DNA of 63,850 nucleotides, the filler included, from Octopus bimaculoides (Eukaryota): the NCBI RefSeq assembly GCF_001194135.2. It is 8 parts of 8 records of this genome, joined end to end, with 100 filler letters (N's around TTAATTAATTAA, not from the genome) between each part and the next. Parts side by side here need not be neighbours in the genome. Positions count along the whole stretch, not along the records: positions 17,662 to 27,356 come from NC_068987.1; positions 27,457 to 34,576 come from NC_068997.1; positions 34,677 to 45,210 come from NC_068999.1; 5 more parts are not named here. One strand, given 5' to 3'. The notes under the pieces are model-generated. The model did no database searches. It saw only the letters and a list, made by a program, of their open reading frames with translations, and had not been told where the DNA came from. Positions 24,230 to 36,877 of the stretch are shown here, piece after piece (position 1 is the first letter of the stretch; each line of letters begins with the position of its first letter). Both the position numbers and the translations under genes were made by a program.

Positions 24230-25917
24230 TAGTGAATTATTGTGAATACTGCTGTGCTACTTAGTGAAAAATTTGTCAATTACTGTAAGTTGTCTCTGTA
24301 AATAATTGTGGTTTTTGTGGAATTATTGTTGCTACATTTCACCCGAGCCGCTAGACTTTTCCCCAGCTGTGGCGAGTGGTAGTGTCTCCAGTATGGAGAG
24401 CTACGTCAGGGCCACTGCGGCGGAGAAGCCAGTGCTGTTGGAAACCAAGTTGATCAAGCTGGATACGGAGGAGGTGAGCAGAAGCAGTAATTTAATAGAA
24501 GTAGAGGGAGACTCAAACGAATTGCCCCCGCCCCACACACACACACAAACGAAAGAGACCAAGGAAGACAAAATTCCACAGTTGTGTATCGTACACATGC
24601 TGTCGAAACCTGTGAAATTGAAATGGTGACGGAAGTGGAAATTGTAGAGTGCCTGGGTGAAATTGTAAATGAAGCCATGTACATTGGCAGAGTAAGAAAG
24701 TTTGGCACGGTAGACGTGAGGGTTACCACCATAGAAGAGGAAACCAAACATGCGACCAAATACAAAAATAGCATTACTACTAAGTTATAGAGGAAGAAGA
24801 AGTGTGAGAATACGTATTCCCAGAGTGCCACCAGAAAGTAAACCGGAGTGGATGGTTGCATCAGTACTGGCTGCAACCAAGGAGGATTCGGAATTGGGAC
24901 CAATAGCGGAAACAAAAGTGTGCAACTGGTGGGGATTTGGACTCGAAATGTGGCTTTTTGCCACATTTCAGGACGTAGAAAGTATTCCCTACCAGATAGA
25001 AGTGGAAGACGAGTGAACGTTAAATGTCATAGTCGAGGGAAGGAAACCAAATTGTTACATATGCAGGGAGAGAGGTAATATGAAGATCAAATGCCCTCTA
25101 TATGAGTACACACAGCCACGGCAAGAGAAAGCACAAATAGAGGAGGAAAACATTGTAGACTACACTGAGGAAATGAAAGAGAGATAGAAGTCTGAAACAG
25201 AGAAAACGAAGGAGAAGAACGAAAATGAATTTACTAACCCGAAAAAGCGAAAGAAAAATAAGTCGAAGGAACCATCAACAGAAAATAAAAAGAGATAGAA
25301 AAGCCAGAAACTAATAATATACAAGAAGAGGAGGAGAGAACGGATAAACATGTCAAATACAAGGGGTCTTTGATAACGTGCGAGAAAAGCGAGCAGATGG
25401 AGAGATAAGTCGCGAATTTGGAGGAAATAATCAGTGAAGATGCCGGAGAAACGTGCTGAGAAATGCATTTTGATACATGAGGAAAATTACTGGGAGTACA
25501 TAAAAGAACTTGGTGAAAATATAATAGCGAAAAGGGTATGGTTGGTGGAGACACTACTCCCTAGAACTGATTATCTACAGTTGATGAACACAGAAGTAAC
25601 AGTGATTAATGGGGGAAAATTATTTAAGTATATTAGTTTTTTGAGTTGCAAAACTGTTATAATGTTTACATGATGTTTAACGTGAAAGTGAAAAACTGGA
25701 TAAATGTAACAACCGGATTTGCGGGGTGGAGTGGGAATTGCACCTCAATTTTTCATTCTTGCATATTATCATTTTATTTAAATTTTTCTTCTACTATTAT
25801 CATTCGATTTTGTAATTTTTATTTCTCCGATTTTATGTTTGTTGCGTTTTGTACCGTCTTTATGTTTTATGATTTCTTAAAAAGTCTTTGTATAACCCTT
25901 TAGGGGTAATAAAAAAA
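24230..25917 (+). mobile_element. ORF1-only Tx1/L1-like retroelement (RRM-like region, zinc knuckle, K/E-rich tail, AATAAA)
   Basis: Frameshifted ORF: MESYVRATAAEKP...YIGRVRKFGTVDVR...VRIRIPRVPPESKPEW...VIVEGRKPNCYICRERGNMKIKCP. No endonuclease or RT follows. Ends accctttaggggtAATAAAaaaa. Confidence 0.75.
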
Positions 25918-25934
25918 TCGGTGTTTTATCTGTC

Positions 25935-26090
25935 TTTATATACTGATTTCAATTTCTGCGGAGGTCGACTTTGCCTTTCATCCTTTCGAGGTCGATAAAC
26001 TAAGTATTAGTTGCGTACTGGGTCTTATCTAATAAACTGGCCCCTCTACACAAATTACGTTCTTTGTGCCAAGAGTAGATAAGAATATTT
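25935..26090 (+). mobile_element. tRNA-derived SINE, 3' part
   Basis: gaggtcgactttgcctttcatcctttcgaggtcgataaa core. Confidence 0.85.
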
Positions 26091-26112
26091 GTCTATCTAA
26101 ATATTCTCTCTC

Positions 26113-26160
<48 letters not shown>

Positions 26161-27305
26161 NNNNNNNNNNNNNNNNNNNNNNNNNNNNNNNNNNNNNNNN
26201 NNNNNNNNNNNNNNNNNNNNNNNNNNNNNNNNNNNNNNNNNNNNNNNNNNNNNNNNNNNNNNNNNNNNNNNNNNNNNNNNNNNNNNNNNNNNNNNNNNNN
26301 NNNNNNNNNNNNNNNNNNNNNNNNNNNNNNNNNNNNNNNNNNNNNNNNNNNNNNNNNNNNNNNNNNNNNNNNNNNNNNNNNNNNNNNNNNNNNNNNNNNN
26401 NNNNNNNNNNNNNNNNNNNNNNNNNNNNNNNNNNNNNNNNNNNNNNNNNNNNNNNNNNNNNNNNNNNNNNNNNNNNNNNNNNNNNNNNNNNNNNNNNNNN
26501 NNNNNNNNNNNNNNNNNNNNNNNNNNNNNNNNNNNNNNNNNNNNNNNNNNNNNNNNNNNNNNNNNNNNNNNNNNNNNNNNNNNNNNNNNNNNNNNNNNNN
26601 NNNNNNNNNNNNNNNNNNNNNNNNNNNNNNNNNNNNNNNNNNNNNNNNNNNNNNNNNNNNNNNNNNNNNNNNNNNNNNNNNNNNNNNNNNNNNNNNNNNN
26701 NNNNNNNNNNNNNNATATATATATATACATACATGTAAATGTATATATATATATGTATTCATATATCTATGTATGTAAAAAGACAAAGCGCGAGATACAA
26801 TAGTTTATTTATATTAAGTTATTTATTGTAGTGATAGCAGTTTTAGATATGCATTTGAGTGCGTCCATGGTTCAACAGAGAAGCACCAACACAATGTTTT
26901 CTTCCTTAGACCCGAAGCCAGTCAACGTCCAAGACAAACGGAAAGAGAGAGTGAGGAATTTGTTCAGTTTGGCCATTAATACAGAATAACGTCGCTTGTT
27001 TCTTAGCACCAACATTAAGCTAATGTTCTCCTTTACCACATGTGGACAGTATTGACATGCAGTAAATAAACTGGATACACCACCAGCACGGGAGGGCTGT
27101 TAACAGGTTTTTGGTGTTTATTACGATACTTTGGAAACGATGTGATTGGGAAATTAATTGCAAATACAGTAATGAATAGTTAGCTAATGCATTGCCAATT
27201 GTTTGGATCATGATGTATCAATTCTCCCAAATCAATTACCAGGAATTCATATAAGTAAAAATGCAGTTTAAAGCTAAAGTAATAGTAAGACTACTTAATC
27301 TCAAG

Positions 27306-27356
<51 letters not shown>

Positions 27357-27686
27357 NNNNNNNNNNNNNNNNNNNNNNNNNNNNNNNNNNNNNNNNNNNN
27401 TTAATTAATTAANNNNNNNNNNNNNNNNNNNNNNNNNNNNNNNNNNNNNNNNNNNNGAGGGACATTCCACAGTTGAATTAGAACAGTCACAAACAGTGAA
27501 AGAAGACATGCACCCAACACCAGAGCTGAAGACACCTCCGAAAGGGGGTGGTCCCGCCACGTCAAAACGGTAGAGGAGTAGGGGCCGAAACCGGACGTGG
27601 TTCCTCCTGATGATGCCTTGAGCTAACTGGATCCTATAAAGGAGCTGTTGTGGTAGCAGACCACGAAACATGGTTGAAATTCCTCC

Positions 27687-28110
27687 TTAGATCTTAAAGC
27701 AGGCTATATAAATGTATAACTTGACAATAGCAATTGTGGGTTTTGAATAAAATCCTAGAGGTAGGATAACACACTATAGATTTCCATTCTAATGAAAATT
27801 GTTTATAATTTATAACATAGAGTGCATAGAATATAATATTAGGTCCTAAAGCAGGCAATATTAATGTATTAATATATAACTTAAATATAACACCTGTGGG
27901 TTTTGAAAAAAAATCCTAGAAATAATAATTCCTATTGCAATGGAACGTTATTTATTATTTATAATTTATTTATAATTCATATTTTATAGTACTATGTAGT
28001 ATAATATTAGATTTTAAGGCAAGCATATCAATGCACAATTTACCAATAGTAACTGTAGGCTTTACAATAACTCCTAGGATAATATAATTTATGTGCCTAG
28101 AATAATTAAT
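27687..28110. repeat. Three diverged ~160-bp tandem units
   Basis: Units start ttagatcttaaagcagg / ttaggtcctaaagcagg / ttagattttaaggcaag and each contains a variant of tgtgggttttgaa..aatcctag. Confidence 0.75.
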
Positions 28111-29022
28111 ATTAGAAATTTCAGTAATACTTGTAATAGTCATATAATATGGCCAGGGGTTACCTCCCCTTATTGGAATTAGTTGTAAAAAGAGAAAAAT
28201 TATTTTAGACCGGTTAACGCTGGAAATACGGTATGGATTTTAAATTTTGAATTTTTGATTTTTTGTTCGATTAATTCATTATTTGTTTTTTTTGTTCTAA
28301 AGAAAGTTATTCCTGATGAAGTGTATGGCAACTAATATATTTGACTTATACTTAGTGGTGAAATATAGCTATATACAGAAATGTTAACATCGGATTAAAT
28401 ACATTGATATGGATATTGGCGTCAAATCTCTTTCTTAAATGTAAAAATTTAAAACTTTGGATATATAAACAAGGAGNNNNNNNNNNNNNNNNNNNNNNNN
28501 NNNNNNNNNNNNNNNNNNNNNNNNNNNNNNNNNNNNNNNNNNNNNNNNNNNNNNNNNNNNNNNNNNNNNNNNNNNNNNNNNNNNNNNNNNNNNNNNNNNN
28601 NNNNNNNNNNNNNNNNNNNNNNNNNNNNNNNNNNNNNNNNNNNNNNNNNNNNNNNNNNNNNNNNNNNNNNNNNNNNNNNNNNNNNNNNNNNNNNNNNNNN
28701 NNNNNNNNNNNNNNNNNNNNNNNNNNNNNNNNNNNNNNNNNNNNNNNNNNNNNNNNNNNNNNNNNNNNNNNNNNNNNNNNNNNNNNNNNNNNNNNNNNNN
28801 NNNNNNNNNNNNNNNNNNNNNNNNNNNNNNNNNNNNNNNNNNNNNNNNNNNNNNNNNNNNNNNNNNNNNNNNNNNNNNNNNNNNNNNNNNNNNNNNNNNN
28901 NNNNNNNNNNNNNNNNNNNNNNNNNNNNNNNNNNNNNNNNNNNNNNNNNNNNNNNNNNNNNNNNNNNNNNNNNNNNNNNNNNNNNNNNNNNNNNNNNNNN
29001 NNNNNNNNNNNNNNNNNNNNNN

Positions 29023-29056
<34 letters not shown>

Positions 29057-29409
29057 ATTATATTATAATATAATATAATATAACATATATATATATTCCT
29101 GCTCTTTAAGTTGTGACAAAAACGTCTCTGGTATCAATCAATTTCGTCCAAGCGGGCAGCATTTCCCTTGGAGAAACATTTGTGATGGAGAGATGAGACA
29201 CTCATGGATGAGTAACTGCTCCTGCTACTCCTTTGCTGTAAACTTGCCCATGTTTGCATATAGGCGTACAGCTGCATGGTCAACACTGACCGATGTTGGC
29301 AGTGTTGTCTAAAAGAAAAAGCATACTGAGCTCACGGATCTTATTGGTTTAGGGGCTCAACCCTGGTCTATCTGTGCTGTAGTTTGCTGTCGATATATAA
29401 ATACTACTC

Positions 29410-29905
29410 AAGGCGGCGAGCTGGCAGAGTCGTTAGCATACCGGGAAAATGCTTAGCGGCATTTCGACTGTCTGTCCTTACTGAATTCAAATTCCGCTGA
29501 GGTCGACTTCGCCTTTTTCAACCTTCCGAGGTCAATAAAATAAGTATCAGTCAAGCATTGAGGTCGATGTAACCGACTTAGCCCCTTCCTCGAAACTGCT
29601 GGCCTTGTGCCAAAATTTGAAACCCATATATAAATACTACTACTACAAGCTGACAGAATCCTTACCGCGCCGTGCAAAAGGCTTAGTAGCATTCCACCCG
29701 TCTTTGCGTTCTGAGTTCAAATTCCGTCGAGGTCAACTTTTCATCCTTTTGACATCGATAGAATAAGTACTAGTTGAGTACTGGAGTCGCTGTAGTCGAC
29801 TTATCTCCTCTTACGAAATTGCTGGCTTTGTGTCAAAATTTGAAATCAGTCTATAAATCCTACAAAGGCAGGCATCGGGCTGGCAGAATCGTCACCGCGT
29901 CAGAC
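29410..29905 (+). mobile_element. Two full and one partial tandem SINE copies (major family)
   Basis: A box tggcagagtcgttagc, B box ttcaaattcc, Nin/Deu-like core cctttcatccttccgaggtcgataaaataagtacc. Confidence 0.9.
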
Positions 29906-30949
29906 ATGTCGTCTGTAAAATTTGAACCAAACATATAAATACAACAGTGTTCACTGAATTATTTTCCCCGATGGCCTATAATGCTAGGATGTAGGCCCTA
30001 CATATTTATCTTTCAGAATATTGAACTCTTCTTATAATAATCCTCTTAAAATATGTAGGTTTAACCCCACAGAAAAATTGGTTCCGTCGTTTACAAAGCT
30101 GTTTGTGTTTTAACGTCGTTACGAATAACTTTGCACGTAAATAACCCGATTCCTTACTTATCTGTATTCACCGAACATAAAATAGGGGATATTTGTAGTC
30201 ACAGAGCAGCTAGAGTAAATAGAACAGAGATTACTTTTAAAGATGTATAAAATTTTGAAAAATATGTTTCTTTTGGTGCTTTTTGTTTTTGTTCTTTTAC
30301 ACCAAAGGGCAAATTTAAAAAAAGACGCAGTTTTAACCTATTCCGTGTTTATCCACGCGGAGAAATGTGGTTTATCCAGTATCTATCTATTTATGTTCTA
30401 AAGCGACAACCACCAACATTGCACATATATAGCTTGATTAATGACGAGGTTTGTTCTGAACATCCAGCTCTATTCACTTGCTATTAGTCGCTGCAAATAA
30501 TCTGTACAAATAACATCATTTTGAACCGAACAAAAGATACTACTTTTTACTCCTCGAACACCATAACAACAAATAATTGTTCAGTAAATTTCAATTTCAA
30601 TATTGCTTTGAAAAATGAATATCATTCTGGTATGGTCTAAGAATATAGCACTATAACCATGGGCCGAGATACATACACATACACACAAACACATTGATGC
30701 AATTGTTTTAAGAATCCACAGCTCAGTGGGAGAGCCACTGCACTTCGTTCACTGAAATTGTGGGTTCAAATCTAAACTACATGTACTTTTCTCTGATATG
30801 ACAATAATGGTGTAATGCTGTATTTATTATGACTTGTTAAAGCGTTACCAACATGGCCATCACTGACAAGACATAATTTCTTGGATTTCCTTCCATATTT
30901 AAGATCATGCTATTGTCGTTTACCTTATTTCAACATAATTTCAATTATT

Positions 30950-31140
30950 AAGGTAGAGAGGTAGCAGACGGCAAAAAATGCTTAGCAGCATTTCTTTCGA
31001 CTTGACGTTCTGATTTCAGATACCTTCGGGGTTAGCTTTGCCTTTCATTCTTTCGGGGTCAATAAAATAAACACCGGTTGAACACTGGGCTCGATATAAT
31101 CGACTTAAAAATGTTGACCATGTGCCAAAATTTGAAATCA
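30950..31140 (+). mobile_element. tRNA-derived SINE (major family)
   Basis: Core and tail motifs as above. Confidence 0.85.
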
Positions 31141-31231
31141 ATATGTGGATTTTACAATATCCCTAAAATCAAATACATCAAAAAATCGCAATTTCAAAAG
31201 AAATTATATACGATTTCAAAAAAAAATTATA

Positions 31232-32069
31232 TACGAGGTGGATGGAAAGTAACTAGGCATTAGAAATTGCTTATCAAATTTTTAGTATCACTGAAATCAT
31301 CATGAAATTATTTTTTTAAACAGACAACACTAATGGGGATTTCTTATTTTCCTGTTGTTTTATTTCTCAGATGGACGGTTGCTTGACTGTTCATGAGCGA
31401 GCTAAGCGGCACGTTATGTAGTGTGGAATTCCATTGTTTTGATTCAGAGATGGTGGCATGCATTGAAAAGTAAGCATGCAATACCACATCCGGAGACATG
31501 TCATGCAAAGCTAATGACTACGGGCTCTGTGAACGATGCAAGAAGAAGTGGCCGTCCAGCGGGGAACGTGGCAGGCGTGCAAGAAATGTTTAATCGCTGG
31601 CTGCAAAAATCAACACGTCAAGCAGCTCGTGAAAGTGGATTCAATATGTCCTGTGTTGTATAAAGAATTGAATTTTCGTCCGTGGAAACCCCATTACATG
31701 AAGAAGCTAAAACCTGAAGACTTTGACCGCAGAAGTCCAGAACTCAAAGAAGTCTAGATCTCACTCCATGTGATTTTTACTTGTGGGGTTACACAAAAGA
31801 GGTGTACAAGACGCTGGAGGATTTAGAGACACAGATTCAGGAGGTTCTCAATGATATCCAAGACGATGTCTTTCAGAAGATTGTTCATTCCATCCCTGGC
31901 CGCTTGTGGAAACTGGTTGACGCAACTGGTGCTTAAGCTGAAATATAAAGATTTACTTTCATTTTACCACGTAGTAAAGAACATGTATCATTTGTTTCAA
32001 TAAATTTGTAAATGGATTATGGATTTTATTACCAATTTTTAATACCTACTTACTTTTCACCACCCTGTA
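31232..32069 (+). mobile_element. Internally deleted Tc1/mariner element (maT/DD37D-like)
   Basis: TA-flanked imperfect inverted repeats (tacgaggtggatggaaagtaactaggcatt / aatacctacttacttttcaccaccctgta). Motifs LMTTGSVNDARRSGRP, KSTRQAARE, WKPHY, SPEL..DFYLWGY. Confidence 0.88.
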
Positions 32070-32239
32070 TATTATGGTTCAGTATAAACTTTCAGCAACA
32101 TAATACATTTCAAAATAGATGAGCAATTTGCTCTGGGACTGCTAGATTTTGAATAAAAACAGAATGAATAAGCCTTGTTATTACTTGTTTGAGGTTTACA
32201 TTTAGTTTTCTATAAACTGGAAAAGACGGTAAATTATTT

Positions 32240-32485
32240 CAAATTTTAGAACAAGGCCAGCACTTTAGGGGAAAGGGATAGCCAATTATATCGACACCAA
32301 TGTTCAACTGGTGCTTATTTTATCGACCTCCGAACGGATGAAAGGCAAAGTCGACCTCGGTAGAACCTTAACACAGAACATGAAAAGCCGGAAGAATTGC
32401 CACTAAGAATTTTGTTCAGAACATAAAAAGCCAGAAGGAATGCCTCTAAGAATTTTGTCCGACGCACCAACGATTCTGCCAACAA
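32240..32485 (-). mobile_element. tRNA-derived SINE (major family) with a short internal duplication
   Basis: Core ggatgaaaggcaaagtcgacctcgg; gaatgcc(a/t)ctaagaattttgt is repeated. Confidence 0.85.
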
Positions 32486-34370
32486 GGTTATCAACAAACA
32501 CCTTCAATGTTAACACTGGCACCATCAGTAACACAACTACCAGTAACAACGCATGTACCGTATCAACACCAACCAACCTTGACTTGGTTGTTTGACTTGC
32601 GAAAAATAATAACCAAATTTACTATTTCCAATGTTGACGGTCTATTGGATAATACATTAGTAAATTAAAGCTAAAACATGTGATGGTCACAATTGGATCA
32701 CCTTTGATTACAAATTACGACATCAAACTTGACCTGGAGCTAATGAATCACAGCAGCATCCATGATCAAACTTTACGCTCAGATGACGCGAAGAAATTTC
32801 GCTCCCCGACAACAATTACAACAGGACAGACAGTCTATGTTATTCATCGACCTGCTTGAAATAGAAGCCAAATAGCTTTCTAATTACATTCTACAGTTTT
32901 TAAATAGAACACTTATGGACACTTATAGAAACTTACATACTTCTCCGCATCGAGAGGTGACAGCTCCGGGACTACGGACCTGATTAGAATGTTGCAGGAA
33001 ATTATCGTAAGATAGATTCTTCCAGCCGAGCCAATCTGCTGGGGACCAATAGATAGACCAAGAATGAGATGGTTGGATAATATCCATAGTCTCAGTTGGT
33101 CATGCCTGGGAATCCAATACTGAACTGGTACTCATTTTATCGACTCCGAGAGGATAAATGATAAAGTCGACCTCGGCAGATTAGCCGGAACACATAATGC
33201 AAAGCATTTTGTCTAATTCCGCTAACCTATCATCCTGGGCCGGTACTTTATTTTATCGACACCGGAAGGATGAAAAGCAAAGTTGACCTCAACAACACTT
33301 GAACTTAGAAGATAAAGCGCCAGAGTGAAAACATATGGTATTTTGTCCGATGCGTTGCCAATTCAAAATGAAGTGACCATTATTTTTTGTTCGGTGCCTC
33401 TCCCCAGAAATGTTTGGTAACCAGAGAAAAAATTGATGGTAAAGAAATATTTATGGTAGGTCTTGTAGAGGTAGACAGCTGCAGCTGTAGTAGCAATGGC
33501 AATAATAAGGTGGCAAGATGTTATATAAATAAATTAAAGATAAGGATAAATTTAATCAGCCCATTAAATAGAATTGTAGCACCTTAGTTTATTTCTGAAC
33601 ATCCCTGTTGACGTTTGTGGCAGTGAACTTGAAAGGGCATCCTTAAAATAGCTTCCTCTCCATTTCTCCCTCTGCTCTCTCACTCTATCTATCTATCCAG
33701 CTATTTACCTACCAAACATTATGCCGTCCTTCTTTCTCCCCAACTACTTTAATTTAACAACAGTTAACAGTGAAGCGCTCAGTGGAGACTTTAATCAGAT
33801 TCTCCACGCATGAAACGTTTGAGTCGAGCTATTTATATTTCCATCTGACAATTTCTCTTTTAGATTATGTAATTTAATTATTCCACTTTCATAGCTGTTG
33901 TTTTTACCTTCGATAACAATAATATGAAATGTGGACATTAAATGATGAATTAAGGTAATCGCTGTAAGATAGCAGAATCTATTTTTACGCTTTTTAAATT
34001 GAGTTGAGTAGGAAGAATGAGGAATCCACAGCGTTTCACACACTGTCGTCAATATAAACAGTTTTATGGATAAAACGAGTGAATAGTGTCGGTTAATAAA
34101 GCTTGCGCACGTCAAGGAACGCCTGAAAGAAAATACAGCATTTTTACAAATGAAATAATAGAAGCACACTTACATTACACACACACACGCGAATATATTA
34201 ATACAGGATGAAGTAAATTTATACCAAAACTGACTTATAAATGAGTGCTTACGTGTGTGTGCGTAAATTTCTGTTTGAATGCGTTTCGAGAGGCTAAATT
34301 TGAAGCTACAGTCAACCTTTATATATAATAAATTTTACTATTAATGGTGTTATGTTGTTTTCTTCCACAG

Positions 34371-34421
34371 AAAATTCTTGGTGTTGCTTTCACTGAACAA
34401 TGCTTAATATATGGCTGTGTG
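34371..34421 (+). other. Candidate 51-nt exon whose donor lies in a SINE head
   Basis: Acceptor gttgttttcttccacag and donor GTG|gtaagt. Frame 0 reads KILGVAFTEQCLIYGCV. Confidence 0.35.
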
Positions 34422-34576
34422 GTAAGTAGCTTGCTTACTAACCACATGGTTCTGGGTTCAGTCCCACCGCGTGGCACCTTGGGCAAGTGTCTTCTTCTAT
34501 AGTCTCGGGCCGACCAAAACCTTGTGAGTGGATTTGGTAGACGGAAACTGAAAGAAGCCCGTCGTATATATGTATA
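34410..34576 (+). mobile_element. tRNA-derived SINE (second family), 5' half
   Basis: tggctgtgtggtaagtagcttgc...gggttcagtccc (A/B boxes). Truncated by a gap. Confidence 0.9.
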
Positions 34577-34676
34577 NNNNNNNNNNNNNNNNNNNNNNNN
34601 NNNNNNNNNNNNNNNNNNNNTTAATTAATTAANNNNNNNNNNNNNNNNNNNNNNNNNNNNNNNNNNNNNNNNNNNN

Positions 34677-35017
34677 TATTGTCATAGGTGCCCTGGGAAT
34701 GACAGCGATAGGGGATGATTACTACCTAGCTCAGATACCAGGAAACCCCAAAATGGCTGAAGTTCAAAAGATAGTGCTCATGGGAACTGCCCATATCCTA
34801 CGTAAAATACTGTCTATGTGATCTCAAATTTTAAAACAAACACAATTTTCTTATGGTTTCTTAAACATTCTCTAGCACAAATCCAAATGTACAAATCCAA
34901 ATATATGGTAGCCTAGGCATAACACCTACATGAACTTCTAACTTGTTGTCTCTTGAGGTCTCTGGGTGAGACTGGGATCCAACTTGTACAAAAAATGCAA
35001 AACAAAAGTCAAACATA

Positions 35018-35097
<80 letters not shown>

Positions 35098-35115
35098 CAA
35101 CAACAACAACAACAA
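34677..35115 (+). mobile_element. 3' end of an R4/Dong-like LINE with an (AAT)n tail
   Basis: IVIGALGM...VQKIVLMGTAHILRKILSM*, then a UTR and (AAT)n(AAC)n. Confidence 0.88.
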
Positions 35116-35689
35116 TATTTAAATGACCTGATGCAGTACCCAGCACTGGCTCCCATGGCTTCTGATCTTAAGTAATTCGAAATGTTATCACGTACATTAT
35201 TTTTTCTTGGTATAAAAGATGAGCTACAGCAAATACCACAGATTTGCTTGTCAGTTGTTTGACTTTAACCAGTTGAGCACGTCCCTTAGTGGCTGAGGAT
35301 ATGTGCATCGTTGATCACGTGATCACGAGCAGAAGTAGTGTGGTAGCATCATAGCCATGTGTTAAGAAGAATTCTTTGGAGTTTGGATAATTCAGCTTTG
35401 GAAACATGTGTGTTTTGTTCATCATCCTTAAAACAAACCATAGTTAGGGAACTTTATTTGAACAGGATGAACTACTAGACTTGAAGAAAATTCTAAGTGG
35501 ACCCCACCTGCAAGTTTATGCGATGTTTATCTTGGTATGATATCACTATGTCGCGCACATATGGTCGTGTTGCAAGTGCCCGGTGTAACCTTATCAGACA
35601 CGTAGTCATGATGAGTATCCTGGCTTCGTATATTTGTAACCCAGTGTCACTTCGATAGCATGCACTGCTCTCCCAATAATAACAACAAC

Positions 35690-35750
<61 letters not shown>

Positions 35751-35779
35751 ATAGAATTTTGATATTTAAAACCATTAAT

Positions 35780-35945
35780 TTCAAGGGAGGGCGTAAGTCG
35801 ATGACATAGACACCAGTGTTCAAATGGTACTTATATCGATCCTGAAGGATGAAAGTCGAAGTCGACCTTGGCTGAATTTGACTTCAGAACATAGCTATAA
35901 GCATTTTATCCGGTGTGTTAACGATTCTGCCGGTTCGCTGCCTTA
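35780..35945 (-). mobile_element. tRNA-derived SINE (major family)
   Basis: gaaggatgaaagtcgaagtcgaccttggctgaatttga core. Confidence 0.85.
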
Positions 35946-36611
35946 ATAACCTTTCCTACTATGAGAGCAGAATCGAAAATTTGGGTGAGGGCTTGTCGAT
36001 TACATCGAACTCTGTGCCAAATGACTCGCTGCGTTGGTAATAATAACAATTTCTTACATAGACGAAAGTGCATTAATTGTGTAGGGAGAGGTTACATTTA
36101 TTTCATCGATTTCTACTGAATATCAAAGCAACTTACAATTTATCGCCCCCACATAGGAAGGCATAAAATGGAGTCTCATCAACATCAGAACTCAGAAATT
36201 AATGAACAGCAATGAAGTACTACATTTCGCATCTTTCTAACATCTGATTATAACAATATTAAAATAAGCCATTGTTATTGCTTCTAGAAGAGGTGTGAGT
36301 GGAAAATGATGATAATGATTATGATGATAAAGGTAATTATGAGTACGATGGTGGTAATCTTGAACAGAAGAAATAAACTATGTAGCTGAAGAAAAGATTG
36401 TGGAAATTGGATTTAATTGGCCAAACAATATCATTAGTAATTATTCACCGACGTTTATGGAAAAGAGGATGATTATTGCACGAAATTATCAACTGTAAAC
36501 ATATTTATCTAGCATAATCCCCTCTGCCCACACAAACACAGCGATGCGTATTCGTACACTTGTTTAAGCAAAAAAACATCCAGTCTTCTCCTTTCTCACT
36601 CTGTATCTCAC

Positions 36612-36650
<39 letters not shown>

Positions 36651-36834
36651 CAACATAAATGCATATATAATTCTTATTTGTATATATTGCCTTTACCAAT
36701 GACAATACACATGTAGGCGCATGTTTTAAAATTAGTTAGCTTCAAATATGTATCAAAGGTAAGTCAACCAATTAGCTCAAGGGCATCACTTGCAATGAAG
36801 GAATCTAAACTATATACACGCGTGTGTGCTTGTG

Positions 36835-36877
<43 letters not shown>

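Noticed and set aside
28318-28370. CTGATGA...GAAA hammerhead-like motif
   Set aside because: Stem II does not close next to GAAA, and there is no stem I or cleavage triplet.
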